DNA of 59,067 bases, counting the filler, from Bipalium vagum (taxonomy: Eukaryota), in NCBI GenBank assembly GCA_037834085.1. It is 3 parts of 3 records of this genome, joined end to end, with 100 filler letters (N's around TTAATTAATTAA, not from the genome) between each part and the next. Parts side by side here need not be neighbours in the genome. Positions count along the whole stretch, not along the records: positions 1 to 21,000 come from JBBMKC010241186.1; 2 more parts are not named here. One strand, given 5' to 3'. Positions 1-12,000 of this stretch are shown in pieces. Within the stretch, counting starts at the first letter, position 1; each line of letters starts with the position of its first letter. Position numbers and translations under genes: made by a program. The notes under the pieces were generated by a model that was not told the DNA's origin, searched no databases, and saw only the letters and a list, made by a program, of their open reading frames with translations.

Positions 1-76
1 CTGTTCATATTATTTTTTAATATGAACATTTGAAAAAATTGGAACGCTCGTGTTCATATTGAACAGGGTTGACTGT
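1..76. mobile_element. End (TIR) of a pogo/Tigger-like DNA transposon, cut by the window edge
   Basis: The reverse complement reads TA|CAGTCAACCCTGTTCAATATGAACAC, a CAGT terminus at a TA, with repeated subterminal GTTCATATT/AATATGAAC motifs. The partner TIR is not in the window. Confidence 0.45.
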
Positions 77-1086
77 ATTAAAATTTAATCCTTAATGTAA
101 AATAATTTTTTAAATAATTAAATTAATAAAAGTTTTAGATAAATAATTTGTTTAAGTAACTAATAAAACGATATGAGTATTTTCTTCGAATAAAAATGTT
201 AAAAAATCTTGACTTTATAAATTCAGAAACTGTTGATAACGTCGCAGTAACTAACATTAATTATTAATTATGTTAGATGTTTCAAAAAATCATTTCTATT
301 TTTAACTTTTTATGTGATATTGATGGATTTTTGAAGGTTATTGGATTATGTAAAATCTTCTTTTCAGTTTTTTATTTTTCAGTACATTTTTTCTCTATAT
401 CTTTTCTGACTATCTTCAATAAGTTTTTTAATCTAACCAAATAAGAAGTTTTAAGTACAAACACACTGCAAAACTTTTCCAATTCCACAAGCAGAAGGTT
501 TTTGCTTCATTTTTAGAGAAGTAAGAGTGCAAAATGTATCTGAGTTTTCTGTCATCTTAATCATGTAAAAAATAATTTTAATACAATGAGGTAAATAAGT
601 TTCATGTTTCAAACTTTAAATTTAGAAAATCCTGATATTTCTTGAATTTCTTTACCATTGTATTTGAGTTTTTGGTAAAAACCTTATAAAAGTATTGTCT
701 ACTTTAATCAAAATATTTTTCCTTAGAGACCTTGCTTTGCTCCTCAGTGTAAAAGTTTTCTCCTAAGCGAAACTCTGACACACTGCACTGATTTCATCGG
801 ACAATAAAACTTAAATTTGTTGTAAATTACTTATTTTATTTTTCATTTACATTTATTATTACATAAAGTAGTGATAAAATTCTAGATCATTCATATTGAA
901 AACAGCGTCATCTAAAAAGTAATATTGAAGTTAACAATATTTTATTGTTTACAAAAACTAAATGAACGAAAATCCTTTAAAATAAGTATGTCGCTACCCT
1001 TGAAATGTAAAATATAAATAAAATTTGAAAATATAAATTGGAAATATATATGAAATATCAGTTGTGTTTGATAATTTCAGGTCATT

Positions 1087-2163
1087 TCACTTTTGTCTTC
1101 GATTTCCACTCTGTCCTTTGAGTACTCTTTTCTTAGTTTCAGGATATAATATTTGAAAACTTCCTTCCAAATCCACCTCTTCTTCATTTGTTTTCGAATT
1201 TTTAGTTACACTTCGACTCAAACAGAAAATTCCCCCGGCGTTATCAAATTCACCACAATAATTTGGTGCGGAAAATATAGTAACAAAAGAACGGTTTGCA
1301 AAAAATTCATATCCATCTTCAACAACCTGATGAGCTCTAACAATAAGATCAAAGCTGAATCTACTTAAAAAGGAGTCAACCACTGTTGGAGAAAATACAT
1401 AAGATACACCTCTTTCATTTGGCGCAAATCCAGTATCATTAAATAATGCTGTGGGAAAATTATCAATAAGTCCCATGGCTGCTGAATCAAACGGATCTGC
1501 CCACACGAGATCACATACCATACCTTCTTCAGGAACATCGGTTGGTCTAGGAATTGTTTTTATTTTTTTTTTCAAATTATCCAGATCTGGAACATCGGGT
1601 TTTAAGAATTCTGGTGATAATCCCCCATGGCAGCAAAATATTTGGTTTTCAATAATAGCAGCAACCGGCATGTTATTAAAAACATCCAAAAATGTTCTCC
1701 ACAACTTCACATTATATCGTCTTTTACATTCATCGAAAAAGCCATAAATTCTGCTGATCGCTTGACTCTCGTGGTTTCCACGTAATAAGAAAAAAGTTGT
1801 AGGGAATTTTATTTTATAAGCATATAAGAGACAAATGGTCTCCAAACTTTGCTTGCCTCTGTCTACATAATCACCAAGGAATAGATAGTTAGTACTACTT
1901 GGATCTCCACAGAGTTCAAATAATCTAATTAAGTCAGGAAATTGCCCGTGTATGTCACCACAAATTTTTAATGGGCCCTCTAATTCTAGTAAAATTGGCT
2001 GAGATACTAAAATATTTTTGACATTCTGACAAATTGTCAAAATATCATTTTCGGTAAAAAATTTTTGTGTAAAAGTACCACTCTTTGCAATAGTCAATAA
2101 ACTTTCGATTACCTCATCAATTGTCAAGGTACCTTTTCCTTTAATAGATGTCTTACTTTCCAT
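1087..2163 (-). CDS. PPP1C: Ser/Thr protein phosphatase 1 catalytic subunit, divergent intronless paralog (358 aa)
   Basis: Uninterrupted ORF with the PPP motifs GDIHG, GDYVDRG, RGNHE and HGG, and PP1-type strings [32 protein letters not shown] and [11 protein letters not shown]. It carries three loop insertions relative to canonical PP1. Confidence 0.95.
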   Translation of the reverse strand: MESKTSIKGKGTLTIDEVIESLLTIAKSGTFTQKFFTENDILTICQNVKNILVSQPILLELEGPLKICGDIHGQFPDLIRLFELCGDPSSTNYLFLGDYVDRGKQSLETICLLYAYKIKFPTTFFLLRGNHESQAISRIYGFFDECKRRYNVKLWRTFLDVFNNMPVAAIIENQIFCCHGGLSPEFLKPDVPDLDNLKKKIKTIPRPTDVPEEGMVCDLVWADPFDSAAMGLIDNFPTALFNDTGFAPNERGVSYVFSPTVVDSFLSRFSFDLIVRAHQVVEDGYEFFANRSFVTIFSAPNYCGEFDNAGGIFCLSRSVTKNSKTNEEEVDLEGSFQILYPETKKRVLKGQSGNRRQK

Positions 2164-2559
2164 TTTACATTATTTCCAGTGTCATTTTCAATTAATCTTA
2201 ATCATTCTGTTACTTTTATCGACGTATATAACAATTTCCAGTAAAGACAGCTATCAATAATAAATAATTGGACATTGATTTAATATTTTTAGTTAATTAA
2301 TTTTTTTAATGAAGGTTAATTGAACTTATGAACATGGAACAGTAAAATACTTTTTATTTTTAATATTAAATATATATACATATATCTTATTAGTTCATTA
2401 AGGAAATTGCTGAATAGTTGAAATTTGATATAAAGTATTTATTATTCTTTTTATAGGTTTTAATAACAATTTCTAAAAAATATTATTTTTATATTTAAAT
2501 ATCTATACCATGCCACCTGCCGTTAGCGAGCAAGAGTGGTATGGTAACGAGGGATTGTA

Positions 2560-3060
2560 AAAACGGATTTATTTTCTAAAGTTACTTATCAGCCCAAAGC
2601 TCTCAAGAATCGTCTGCTGGCGCATCTTCTTTTGGCAGATCACATGCGTCTCCTCTAACTGATCCGTAAATATCCGTAGTTCTCTTAGCGCGCTGGGTTT
2701 CGTCAAACGAAACGACCTCTTCCTCAAGAGCTATATCGTCGTCTTCGCTTTAAACAGGCTCTTCACCGCACAACATTTCATCCAGTGTAAAAAACCCTCC
2801 AGTCACGAGGCGCTCATGGGGTTTGAGAAAGTCAGACAGGTTGATCTCCTTGTACATTTTTTAGTCGACAGACAGACCTTCCAAGATATCAAGCAGCTCT
2901 GCACCCTAGACCTCAATTTGGATCTCCTATTTAATAAACTTGGCCTTCGTGAAACAGTCCCTGATCGTCAACTTGCTGATCTGTAACTAAGCACGTCGGG
3001 TGACTTGTAAAGCATCGAGATACGTAAACTTGAACTCATTACCATGATGATCTCCTTTTT
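2560..3060 (-). mobile_element. Degenerate pogo/Tigger-type transposase C-terminal fragment
   Basis: GC-richer patch. The minus strand reads FTYLDALQVTRRA*LQISKLTIRDCFTKAKF followed by an acidic tail, resembling the 'LDA...AW..V...TI.NCF.KAG' motif of TIGD/pogo proteins. It has several stops. Confidence 0.55.
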
Positions 3061-3307
3061 CTCTTTTAACGTAAAGTTAGTTCGCTTATGTTTCTGAACT
3101 GACATTATGGGTTGAATTTAAAAAATAAAGATGTCACTATTGTTTATGTATGCTTGCGCTTTTGTGAATCTCTTATGAGCTTCGGTTAAAGATTGTCGCT
3201 GTAAGTGTTGTGATTGGCTTGTTGTAGTTGTTATTTAGGAGAAGCATCGCGTGTTTGACCTTGACAAGCAGCAATACAGACTTCACGACTCGTGACTTTT
3301 AAGACTC

Positions 3308-4230
3308 TGTTGGGTTTGCCAAAGGCACAAAACCCGATTGCAATAATAATAATAATAACATTAATTAAACTTTTTAATAAACTTTTTTAAAACAATGCTT
3401 ATTAACTTCTAAAATTTCGACGCCAAGATTTTGATATATTGAATTTGAGATAAGAGAATAAACTTCGTCGTCGGAGTAATTGATTATTTTTTGTCTAACT
3501 TTATCTCAGCGTATAGATAAAGTTAGAAATAAAGGGCTATTGATGGAAAAAGCCTTCTCGAAGCGTAAGGATTGGTGATCGTAGACCAATCTCTAGGACT
3601 ATATAAAGAGACAGTTATTCCCAGAAATTGGTCCAGAAATAAAACGATTTAAACAAGGACAAATTCTTTGACGAAGATATTCGAACAAACACAAATTTTT
3701 AGAATAGAGACAAGGACAATTCGCTTCAGTAATTGCCATTCTTTTCGTTTACTATGATGGCAGAGCAAAAGAATTTAACAAGGGGACTCAGCGAGTTTGG
3801 GAATCCCTAGGTGACCTGAAAAAAATCTAGCGGACTACCTGGGGATCCCTTGTCGCTCCTGGTGAGATTGTATCGATTTTCCTTTTTGTTATTTTTCTTG
3901 TCTTTTGTGATCTTGACTATAAATCATAAATCTTTTAATTAATTAATTAATTATTTTCATAACTTATTGTTTGATATCATGAAAATTGACTCGTTATTAT
4001 ACTGATATTATTATACTGATATACGTAATTTTTAGACGGATTATTTTGACAGATTTGAATTCAAGTGCGATTTGTTTAGTGATTTAATAAAGTTTTTTTG
4101 TGGGGTTTTGATTCAAATTGAGTTTTAATTTGTGTAGCTACAATAATAAAATGAAAAAACATTGTGTAGCGAGGAGTTATTGATTGACGAGTGAAAGTTA
4201 CTTTGATAAGGTATAATATAATATGTCACA
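3308..4230 (+). mobile_element. Possible LTR-like or other repeat-derived segment
   Basis: TG start, TATA-like CTATATAAAG near 3599, AATAAA near 3638, a GC-rich self-complementary block at 3779-3852 and a short tandem TTATTATACTGATA. No TSD or partner LTR was found. Confidence 0.2.
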
Positions 4231-4489
4231 CAATAGTGGCATAGTAGAGAGGTGACTGTATTTGTTATTTTTTTTTACTAATCTTCAAGAATTACAGAAT
4301 TATCATTAAATGTAAATCTTTCTGATTTAATTCTAGTGAAAATTTAAGGTTTTCTAGGATAAAAATTTCTTTTCCATTAAAACTTATATCACCTTTATGA
4401 TTGACAGATCCTATGTAATTGTTTATATTTAGAATGTTAATCAAGGGCGTAACTTATCTGACTACAAAAAATGTAACTGTTAGGTATGC

Positions 4490-5030
4490 AATGCGAATAA
4501 TAAGCTTGTGAGTAAAACACAACAACAAACGATGAACTAGTCAACTACGTCTTAAAGGTTATCACAAAGTAATAATGTCTTGTATATGCTTGATAATTCT
4601 CAATATATTATGACGTGTTCCATCGATGGAAATTGTTAATAGAGCAAGCGTCTTCAAAAACTGGTTACTGGGTTTGGGATCTTGAAAACCCATTCCATGC
4701 TGATGGTCGTCTTGGAATAACGTATTCAGACCTAAGCCATCTTAATGATACACCAATGTTAAAACAGAGTGCTCCTGGTAATCGTGTTTTTTTTATCTCA
4801 TCAGAAGGCTTTGTTTGAAACACGGGGTGAGTACAAGGACTCGCTTTAACTGCCACATACAAGCTGGATAAAGCGCTCTGATGTGCATGGATGCCAAAGA
4901 TTCCATATTCTTGGATATCAAGTTAAACTGGTTCTCTTTGTTGTTACCCTTCTGATCTTCAGCGAGACATCTTTCAATATCTTCAAACGAACCTTTAATA
5001 CTTTGTTGAAACCTATGTTGTGGACCTCAT
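4490..5030 (-). mobile_element. Possible Mutator/MULE transposase relic
   Basis: A broken minus-strand frame contains LTISIDGTRHN, resembling the MULE catalytic 'IDGT' motif. The rest is heavily degenerate. Confidence 0.25.
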
Positions 5031-5187
5031 TACCGTTTTATATATTCAACATAAAATTTAATTTATTCTTTATTACTAATTTTTGTTAAAAGGAATTAAA
5101 AGTCAATAGACTTCAAGAACAAATTTATTTGTAAAATAATTGCTTTTTAAAATAAAGTAGCGGTTATTTAAATACTTTTGTTACTTA

Positions 5188-5979
5188 TTAGGTTGTCTCA
5201 TAAGTTTTTACGGAAATATGTATATAACAAAAATTTATTTCATAAAAATTCAACAATATTTTATTCGATAAAATTTAAAATATATAAAAAATGCTCATCG
5301 TTATCAATTATCGCAACTTTTTTCTGATAAAGACCTGGTTTTGAGATTGGTTCTACATCAGAACCTAACCACTGGTTTTACGGTCAGCTTTGACATATAA
5401 AACTCATTTTTCATCACAGCATACAATTCTTTCCATAAATGTATCTAGATCATGACTAGTGATCAAACAAGTGTAACTGTCATCCGATTCAAAGGTTGCT
5501 GTTCATCTAGAGCGTGTGGAATTAATTTTCAGCATTTAGAAGTTTTTCCAATTTGAATTAAATGGTGATGAACACTTGCTTTAGAAGTTTCCGTGAGTTT
5601 TGCCAATTCCCGTGTTGTTCCAACAGGATCATCTTATACTGGCCTATTTAGGTCTTCAATGTCTGTCTATACAGGTCAACACGATTTTAGCTGGTCTTGC
5701 ATGTGGAAATCTTTGTTCTAAAAGCATTTTTCAGATGTACTTAAATTAATATACTGTCTGGCTTTTAATACGCACTTAAAGTCATACAGCAGACCATTAT
5801 AATTTATTGAGAAAATTCCATCTTCAAGAATAATAAATCTTAATAAATAATGTAAGAATACATTAATTTTACATAAAGCACCTTTAAATAATACGCTTAT
5901 AAATTATTTCAATTAATGTGGATAAACAATACTAAATAATACAATATGAAAAACCGTAAAGATTTAAGAGACGACCTAA
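5188..5979 (-). mobile_element. Internally deleted mariner element with both TIRs
   Basis: TIRs TTAGGTTGTCTCATAAGTTTTTACGG and (rc) TTAGGTCGTCTCTTAAATCTTTACGG, both flanked by TA. Internal relic DDPVGTTRELAKLTETSKASVHHHLIQIGK..KLIPHAL matches the mariner HTH and WVPHEL region. Confidence 0.85.
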
Positions 5980-5999
5980 TATAATTAGAGTTCATATTT

Positions 6000-6342
6000 A
6001 ATAACAAAATATCCAAATTACTTCAATTCATATTTTCTTAAGATATGTAAATAATTATTCACTGTCAGTTGACATTTCATCATTTTTTCCCACATGCGGT
6101 CCTATACCTTTTCAATAGGGTTTACATTCAAGCTATTTTGCTAAAGAAATTCTTTTGTTGATCTGTTAGAATAAGAAGAACCACTGTCCTGTTAAAACAG
6201 CTCTTCAACTGGTTTTAAAATATGTAAAAAATAGCAGAAGAATAATTTTAGTAGTATTTGATATCACTCTGAATTCAATGTTCCACATTTCACTCTGTAA
6301 AATGGCGAATAACCTTCAATGGAGAAAGCACCCGAAATCATA
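6000..6342 (-). mobile_element. Tc1-type (DD34E-like) transposase relic
   Basis: MISGAFSIEGYSP..GTLNSE*YQILL...LF*QDSGSSYS...LNVNPIEKV*D matches the Tc1 motifs MVWGAFS, FQQDNAP and DLNPIENVW. Confidence 0.7.
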
Positions 6343-8230
6343 TGTTATCATACAGAAAAATGAGTTTTGTATGTCCTTTAGTCCACTCTGATCATTTTTC
6401 TTTCAATGCTTCACTTAACTTAAGCAATTGTTTTTAATAACGGTTACCAATATTTTTCTGACCAGGTTTCAAGAGCTTGTAGTGTAACACAGCTTTCTGC
6501 CCCCCAACATATAAAGAGTAATTCTTTCTTCACATGAATATTGCGTTTTATAATCAAAGATGACACTTGACCTGGGTCTCTCTAAGATTTTCCAATTTTT
6601 AGATTATCGAAATGCATTCTCCCCTCCAATATTTACCACAATCGGGAACCTTGAAAAGATTGGAAAAAATTACATAATAAATATGACACACTAATACAGA
6701 TAACAAAATTCTTTAAAAATCCACAAATATTTATTTATAAAACAAATTTTTCATTCCTTCCAAAAGTAATGAATAATTGTCTTCTGCTTGGCTTATTAAT
6801 GAATTTTTCAATATTCATTATGGAAATAATGTCATCACTTGTAAGATTATCTAAAGTTATTACGTATGATTTTAATTCATGAAAATAATTCAATACTGTT
6901 TGCAAACTTAATTTTGTGATGACTTCATTCTTGTCTTCATTAGTTTTTATTTCTTCAACTAAATGATTATCATCTAAATAAAAAATTGGATCACAAAAGT
7001 GGTCTTGTGGTTTTAAATCCAATTCAGTCATCTCTTTTTGATTAATTGGATCGATTCCAGATTTTCAATAGTTTCTTTTGATTTTACCAATTCTGTTTTT
7101 GCCAAACAATTTATATTTGTTGATTGAGAAATATCTTTCCAACCATATGCCAGGTAAATACTAGTATCTTTTAGAGTTATTTCTTTAAACAACAATTCAG
7201 CATGTTTTTCTGGTGTTATTTTTTTGACAATATATGATAGAAGATGATGATGCCTTAAATACCTGTTCTGAATTATCAGAAATTTCAACAGAAGCGTTGA
7301 TGTTTGAGTATATTTTTAATACTTTTGTTTGTAATATACAGAATCGTTATAAATCCATCCACTCATTTCGACCATAGCAATCCATTCATTTAATCTACAA
7401 TCAATTTCTTTAAATTTAATATTTTTTGGAATTGATTTCAATTTATCATTGGATGAAATTGCTTCTCTAATTTTCTTTTCATTATCTAAATAATTCTTTA
7501 TTGATCTTCTATTAACTTTCTTGGAAAATTTGAGTGAAAATATTTCCGCCACTCTAGTATGCCTTATACTAGACTTTTTCTTACTATTTCTATTTTTTCT
7601 TTTAAAGATATGCTTTTGCTTTTCATTATTAGACTAAAAAACAAAATTTAGAAATTAAAACAAATTAGATATTAAAATTTAATATCAATTAACAATTTAG
7701 ATATTAAAACAAATATTTAAAAATGTGATATAAAAAAGTGGAAAAAATTAGAATAAAACCTTAAAAATGTGTATCATTTTTTATTTATAGGAAAAAATTA
7801 GAGGTGGTAAATCGTAGAGGGTAGACTGTACATCAAATTTTCGTTCCCAGTGACTAGACGATTCAAAAACGATTTTCTTCTGTGCTTTTTCATCAAGATC
7901 TCATAATTTGTTTTCCACTTTTCTTTGTATGGCTCATTCAATGAACATTCTCATTATTTTGAATCATTTCCATAGTTTTGGATCAGAAATTGCTTCTTGG
8001 CTAAGATGTAAGAAATCTGCAAGTTTTTGTGAGCTTGGGCGTCGCCTTCAACCAACAGTGCTTGTAAAACTGCATATTCGAAATTTGTCGATTGACCTAT
8101 ATGTTCTCAACGTCTTGCAAATTGAAATTTGTATTTTTAAATTTATCGAACCAAGGTTCACATGTTTTTTGAGATAGAGCTTTTTCACTATAGGTTTCCG
8201 TAATAATGCTGTAACTCTCGGTTGTTTTTC
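6340..8230 (-). mobile_element. Mos1-like mariner relic split by a pogo insertion (pieces 7829-8230 and 6340-6614)
   Basis: The pieces read TYSEKALSQKTCEPWFDKFK ... KSFLNRLVTGNENLMY | FDNLKIGKS*RDPGQ ... YKLLKPGQ..RY*KQLLKLSEALKEK..KLIFLYDN, collinear with Mos1 transposase across the insertion point. Confidence 0.85.
6615..7828 (-). mobile_element. pogo/Tigger-like element, internally deleted and nested in the mariner
   Basis: TIRs CAGTCTACCCTCTACGATTTACCAC and CATTCTCCCCTCCAATATTTACCAC match at 20/25. There is a CENP-B-like HTH relic (SLKEKIEIV...KFKEIDCRLNEWI) and a C-terminal relic (ITLKDTSIYLAYGWKDISQSTNINCLAK). This explains the track ORFs at 6735-7552. Confidence 0.85.
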
Positions 8231-9008
8231 TTTAGAATATACAGAAAATATATAGATGTGTCGTATATATTTATTTACTTGAAATTAGGATATATTTATT
8301 GACAAAAAGTATATATTACAGTCCGCATTAAATTTTGGATATATTTTGAATTAAAACAGATGAATAATATTATACACACTAAAATTAATATTAAAACAAT
8401 TTGCTTTAATAAATAGAAATAGTTTATTAAATCGTAATTTTCAAATTTTACAGTCTCTTTACAGTCTCTGCAAGATTTTCTTAGTCTGATTCAATTTAAA
8501 AATACAAAATTAATTGATGACTTGTTTTTTTAGATTTATAAATATTATTTACTTTTAGAGTCATTTTACCACCATTTTATTTAAGGTACTCTACCTTCGA
8601 ATGAAGATCTTGAAGAAAAAAAGAAACTACAGACCATATAAAAATCTATCCATTTTGAATATTGATAAAGACAAGAGCATGGTAAAAATTGCTGAGATGA
8701 AAAAAACAGGAGAATAATTATCATCATTTCTAGAAATAATTTTTCATAAAATGTTAAAGCCTAATTAAAATGGAACTTTGCACCATTTTAATTAAATTAA
8801 ATAATCAAACCAAGAAATAAATCCAGTGAAATCCAATTTTATTTATACTACAAATCGTTAAATTATTATACACTTATTCTAATAAAATATAATAATCAAG
8901 ATATAAACATTAGAAATATATTGATAAGAGTAAAGCGGGTGCTTCTTATATCCATATAAGGGAAAAGGTTACCAAAAGAGAAACCATAGATTATTGACTG
9001 GTGTAAGG

Positions 9009-12000
9009 TCAAAAGTCGTCTTGATCATTTGGCAGAATCCAAGGCCGACCAGAAGGAATTTCTGATAAATCTTTAACAGGAAACAATTAATTTTCAAAAT
9101 ATATCTCTTTTCCTTTTTACCGTTATTTTCTATTTTATTATTCTCAATCATCGTCGGGAAACCTTGTTTTTCTCGATTACTGAACGCGGGAAAAGTTGGT
9201 ACACTTGGTCTGTGAATACTTTGTAATACGATGTCATTGACGGATTTTTCATTTGATTCTGGTTTTGTAATACTATGTACACTTCTTGATGGACTCAGTT
9301 GGTTTTCGGTTTTATTGGAAGGTTGTACGACAGACTGAAAACAAAATAGAAAAATTAAGATCTATAGGGTTTTAAAAGCTTTGGCTTATCATTTGAGATG
9401 TTTGTGAAGACTGTCAATATTTTCTCATATCGATATTTAATCAATAAATTAACTATTTGAACTAAGTCTTCAATTATAAAATTTATCTAAGTTCACTGAG
9501 GTCATTTAAAATCTTCATTCACCAATTTTATTTCAACTTTTAAAAATCAATAAAAATCGTTTCTCAGATTTCAGCAATCATTACTTTATGAATTATTTAT
9601 TATAAAACGATTTGGTAAATTTAATAATTTTTTAGTGGATAATAAGTAGATATTATTATTACTATTAGACAAAAGGTGCAATATTAATAAAGGCAAGCAA
9701 AAATATGCATTTTAAAAATCATTATATGCGCATGTAATATGCTAAAAACTTTTCAAAAAGACAAAAATTTAAAAGTAAAATAAACAACTAATACATTTTA
9801 TTCAGAACAATGAAATTGTTTATTACAATGAATTATAAAAACATCATTCAGATTTTCAAATAGAAAACATTCATATTGCATCTAAATAAAATTTTAATTA
9901 TCGAAAAACGTCTTTCAAAGTCAGCCGTTGTTAAGGGAGTATATCCAAATGCTATTAGTTTATTAATCTTGTATTTGTAAGGACTTAATGGCTTGTTAAT
10001 GAATCTCCAGACATGTAATTATTAGTTGCTTTTATATCATTTAATAATAGAATTGAATCTTTGTCGAAATCATATCCTGGTACTTCCACTGATCTATAGA
10101 AAATTCTTGCTATTGTATTGTGATTAACTTTTGGTAAAATTATTGTATGTAATAAAAACATTTTTTTATTTAAATTTATCAGAAGTTAAAATTCTACTGA
10201 AGAAATTGGTAAAATATCTACCAGTCGAATCTGTAGATTCATCTATCGATATCCATTTACTTAATTGATATACAATTTTTGAATATGCAGTGATTGGAAA
10301 TTTATTAATTATTCATTAACTAATTTAACATTAAATAAAAATTATTTAAAAAGAAAAAAATCGAAATATCACACTGAATATCTGTATTGATTTTAAATAT
10401 ATTAACAAAAACTTTATATTTCACATTCTCTGGATACAGGATAAAAATGGTAAAAAAATAAAAAAAGATTTATATAAAAATCAAATGATTAATGGAATAT
10501 CAATAATACTCGTAAAACAAAATAAATTTATATTAATCAAATAAAAATTTAAAGAAACATCAATAACATCGAAAATTAAAAATAACAAAGAAACCAATAT
10601 AATTATATAAAAATACTTGGCTTGATTTTAATTAATAATTAATTGACTGTTAGTTATAGAAATTAATTAACTTTTATCTGAAAGTGACAAACCTCGTGAT
10701 TTTAAAAATGTAGTAAAAAAGAAAATATTTTGCTAAAAATCTAAAAAAAAAGCAACAAAATGATGAAAATAAAAAATTTTTATAAAAAAAAAATAAAAAG
10801 AAATAATATAATAATAATAATTTTAATGAATTAATAATATAAAATAATAATAATAATAGAAATTGACATAGAATCATCTTATTAAAAATGTTACTTAAAT
10901 TAAGAAAAGAACGTACTCTTTCCTTATTACTTGTAAACAACTCGTATCCTGACTGCCTTCTGGGACCTTTCGCCGATCTTGGATGCCTACAACATAAAAG
11001 TGCTATTATCAGATCAATCAAAAAACATTTTTTTACTTACACTTCTTTAATTCGTGCACCGTTCTCAATACCATTGTCGATATAATTATTGCGCACAATA
11101 TCAATTGGTTTCGGATCAGGACCTCTCCAAGGTGCTCCACTATTTCTTTGTGATAAACGCTGTTTTTCTTTTAATTTTCGAGCTTTCCGAAGTGCCTCTT
11201 CTTTTTCATTGTTTTTGGTTATTTCAAGTGCAGTTAAATCCTAAAAAATATTGTGAATAGAAATTTTTTTTAATGTTGGTTTATTATAAACAGCCTGGGT
11301 CTAGAATCAAAGCACAAAATATAATAATAATAATAAAGCTAACTTGCGCAGAACAGAAGTTGATATTTATTTAAAATTGATCATGATTTCTCATTTGAAA
11401 ATATTAATGAAAAAATATAAATATTTTTAGTAACAAAATTTCGGGATAAAAATATTTTTCCATATTATGATTAGTAACTATCTTTAACTTTACAAATTTT
11501 GCACTTGTTTTTTTGCCTATGGTTGGACAATCCAAAACTAAATCGCGACATGCTTAATAATTACTAAAAATAACTAAAATTTTCTAAAGTTTTATTTCAA
11601 AATTTTATTGACTATTAGTTGAAAATTTTTAAGTAATAAATTTAAGTAATAAAGTTGACAAACATTATCAGCGAGTATTAAAAAAATATTTCATTTTAAA
11701 AATGTAATTAATTAATTAAAATTAAAATATTAATGTTCAGTCTTAAATAAATAAAATGAAAAGGTTATATTTAATCAATAATTTTGTAGAAATTAAATTC
11801 AGTTCATACACAAAAACTTTACCTTTTAAAAAAAATCGCTTACCAATGATACGAATTGTAATTGCTGTAATGACAATTAGTTAGAAATTATAGAAGACAG
11901 ATCGAGAAATAGAAAAATGTCAGAAATAAAAATTGTAAGGGGCTTATCGAAGTTCAATAAATAGTTATACATAATAGTGTGAAAATATAATAAGAAAAAT

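Noticed and set aside
1153-1747. Plus-strand ORFs 1153-1368 and 1451-1747
   Set aside because: They are antisense shadows of the PP1 CDS.
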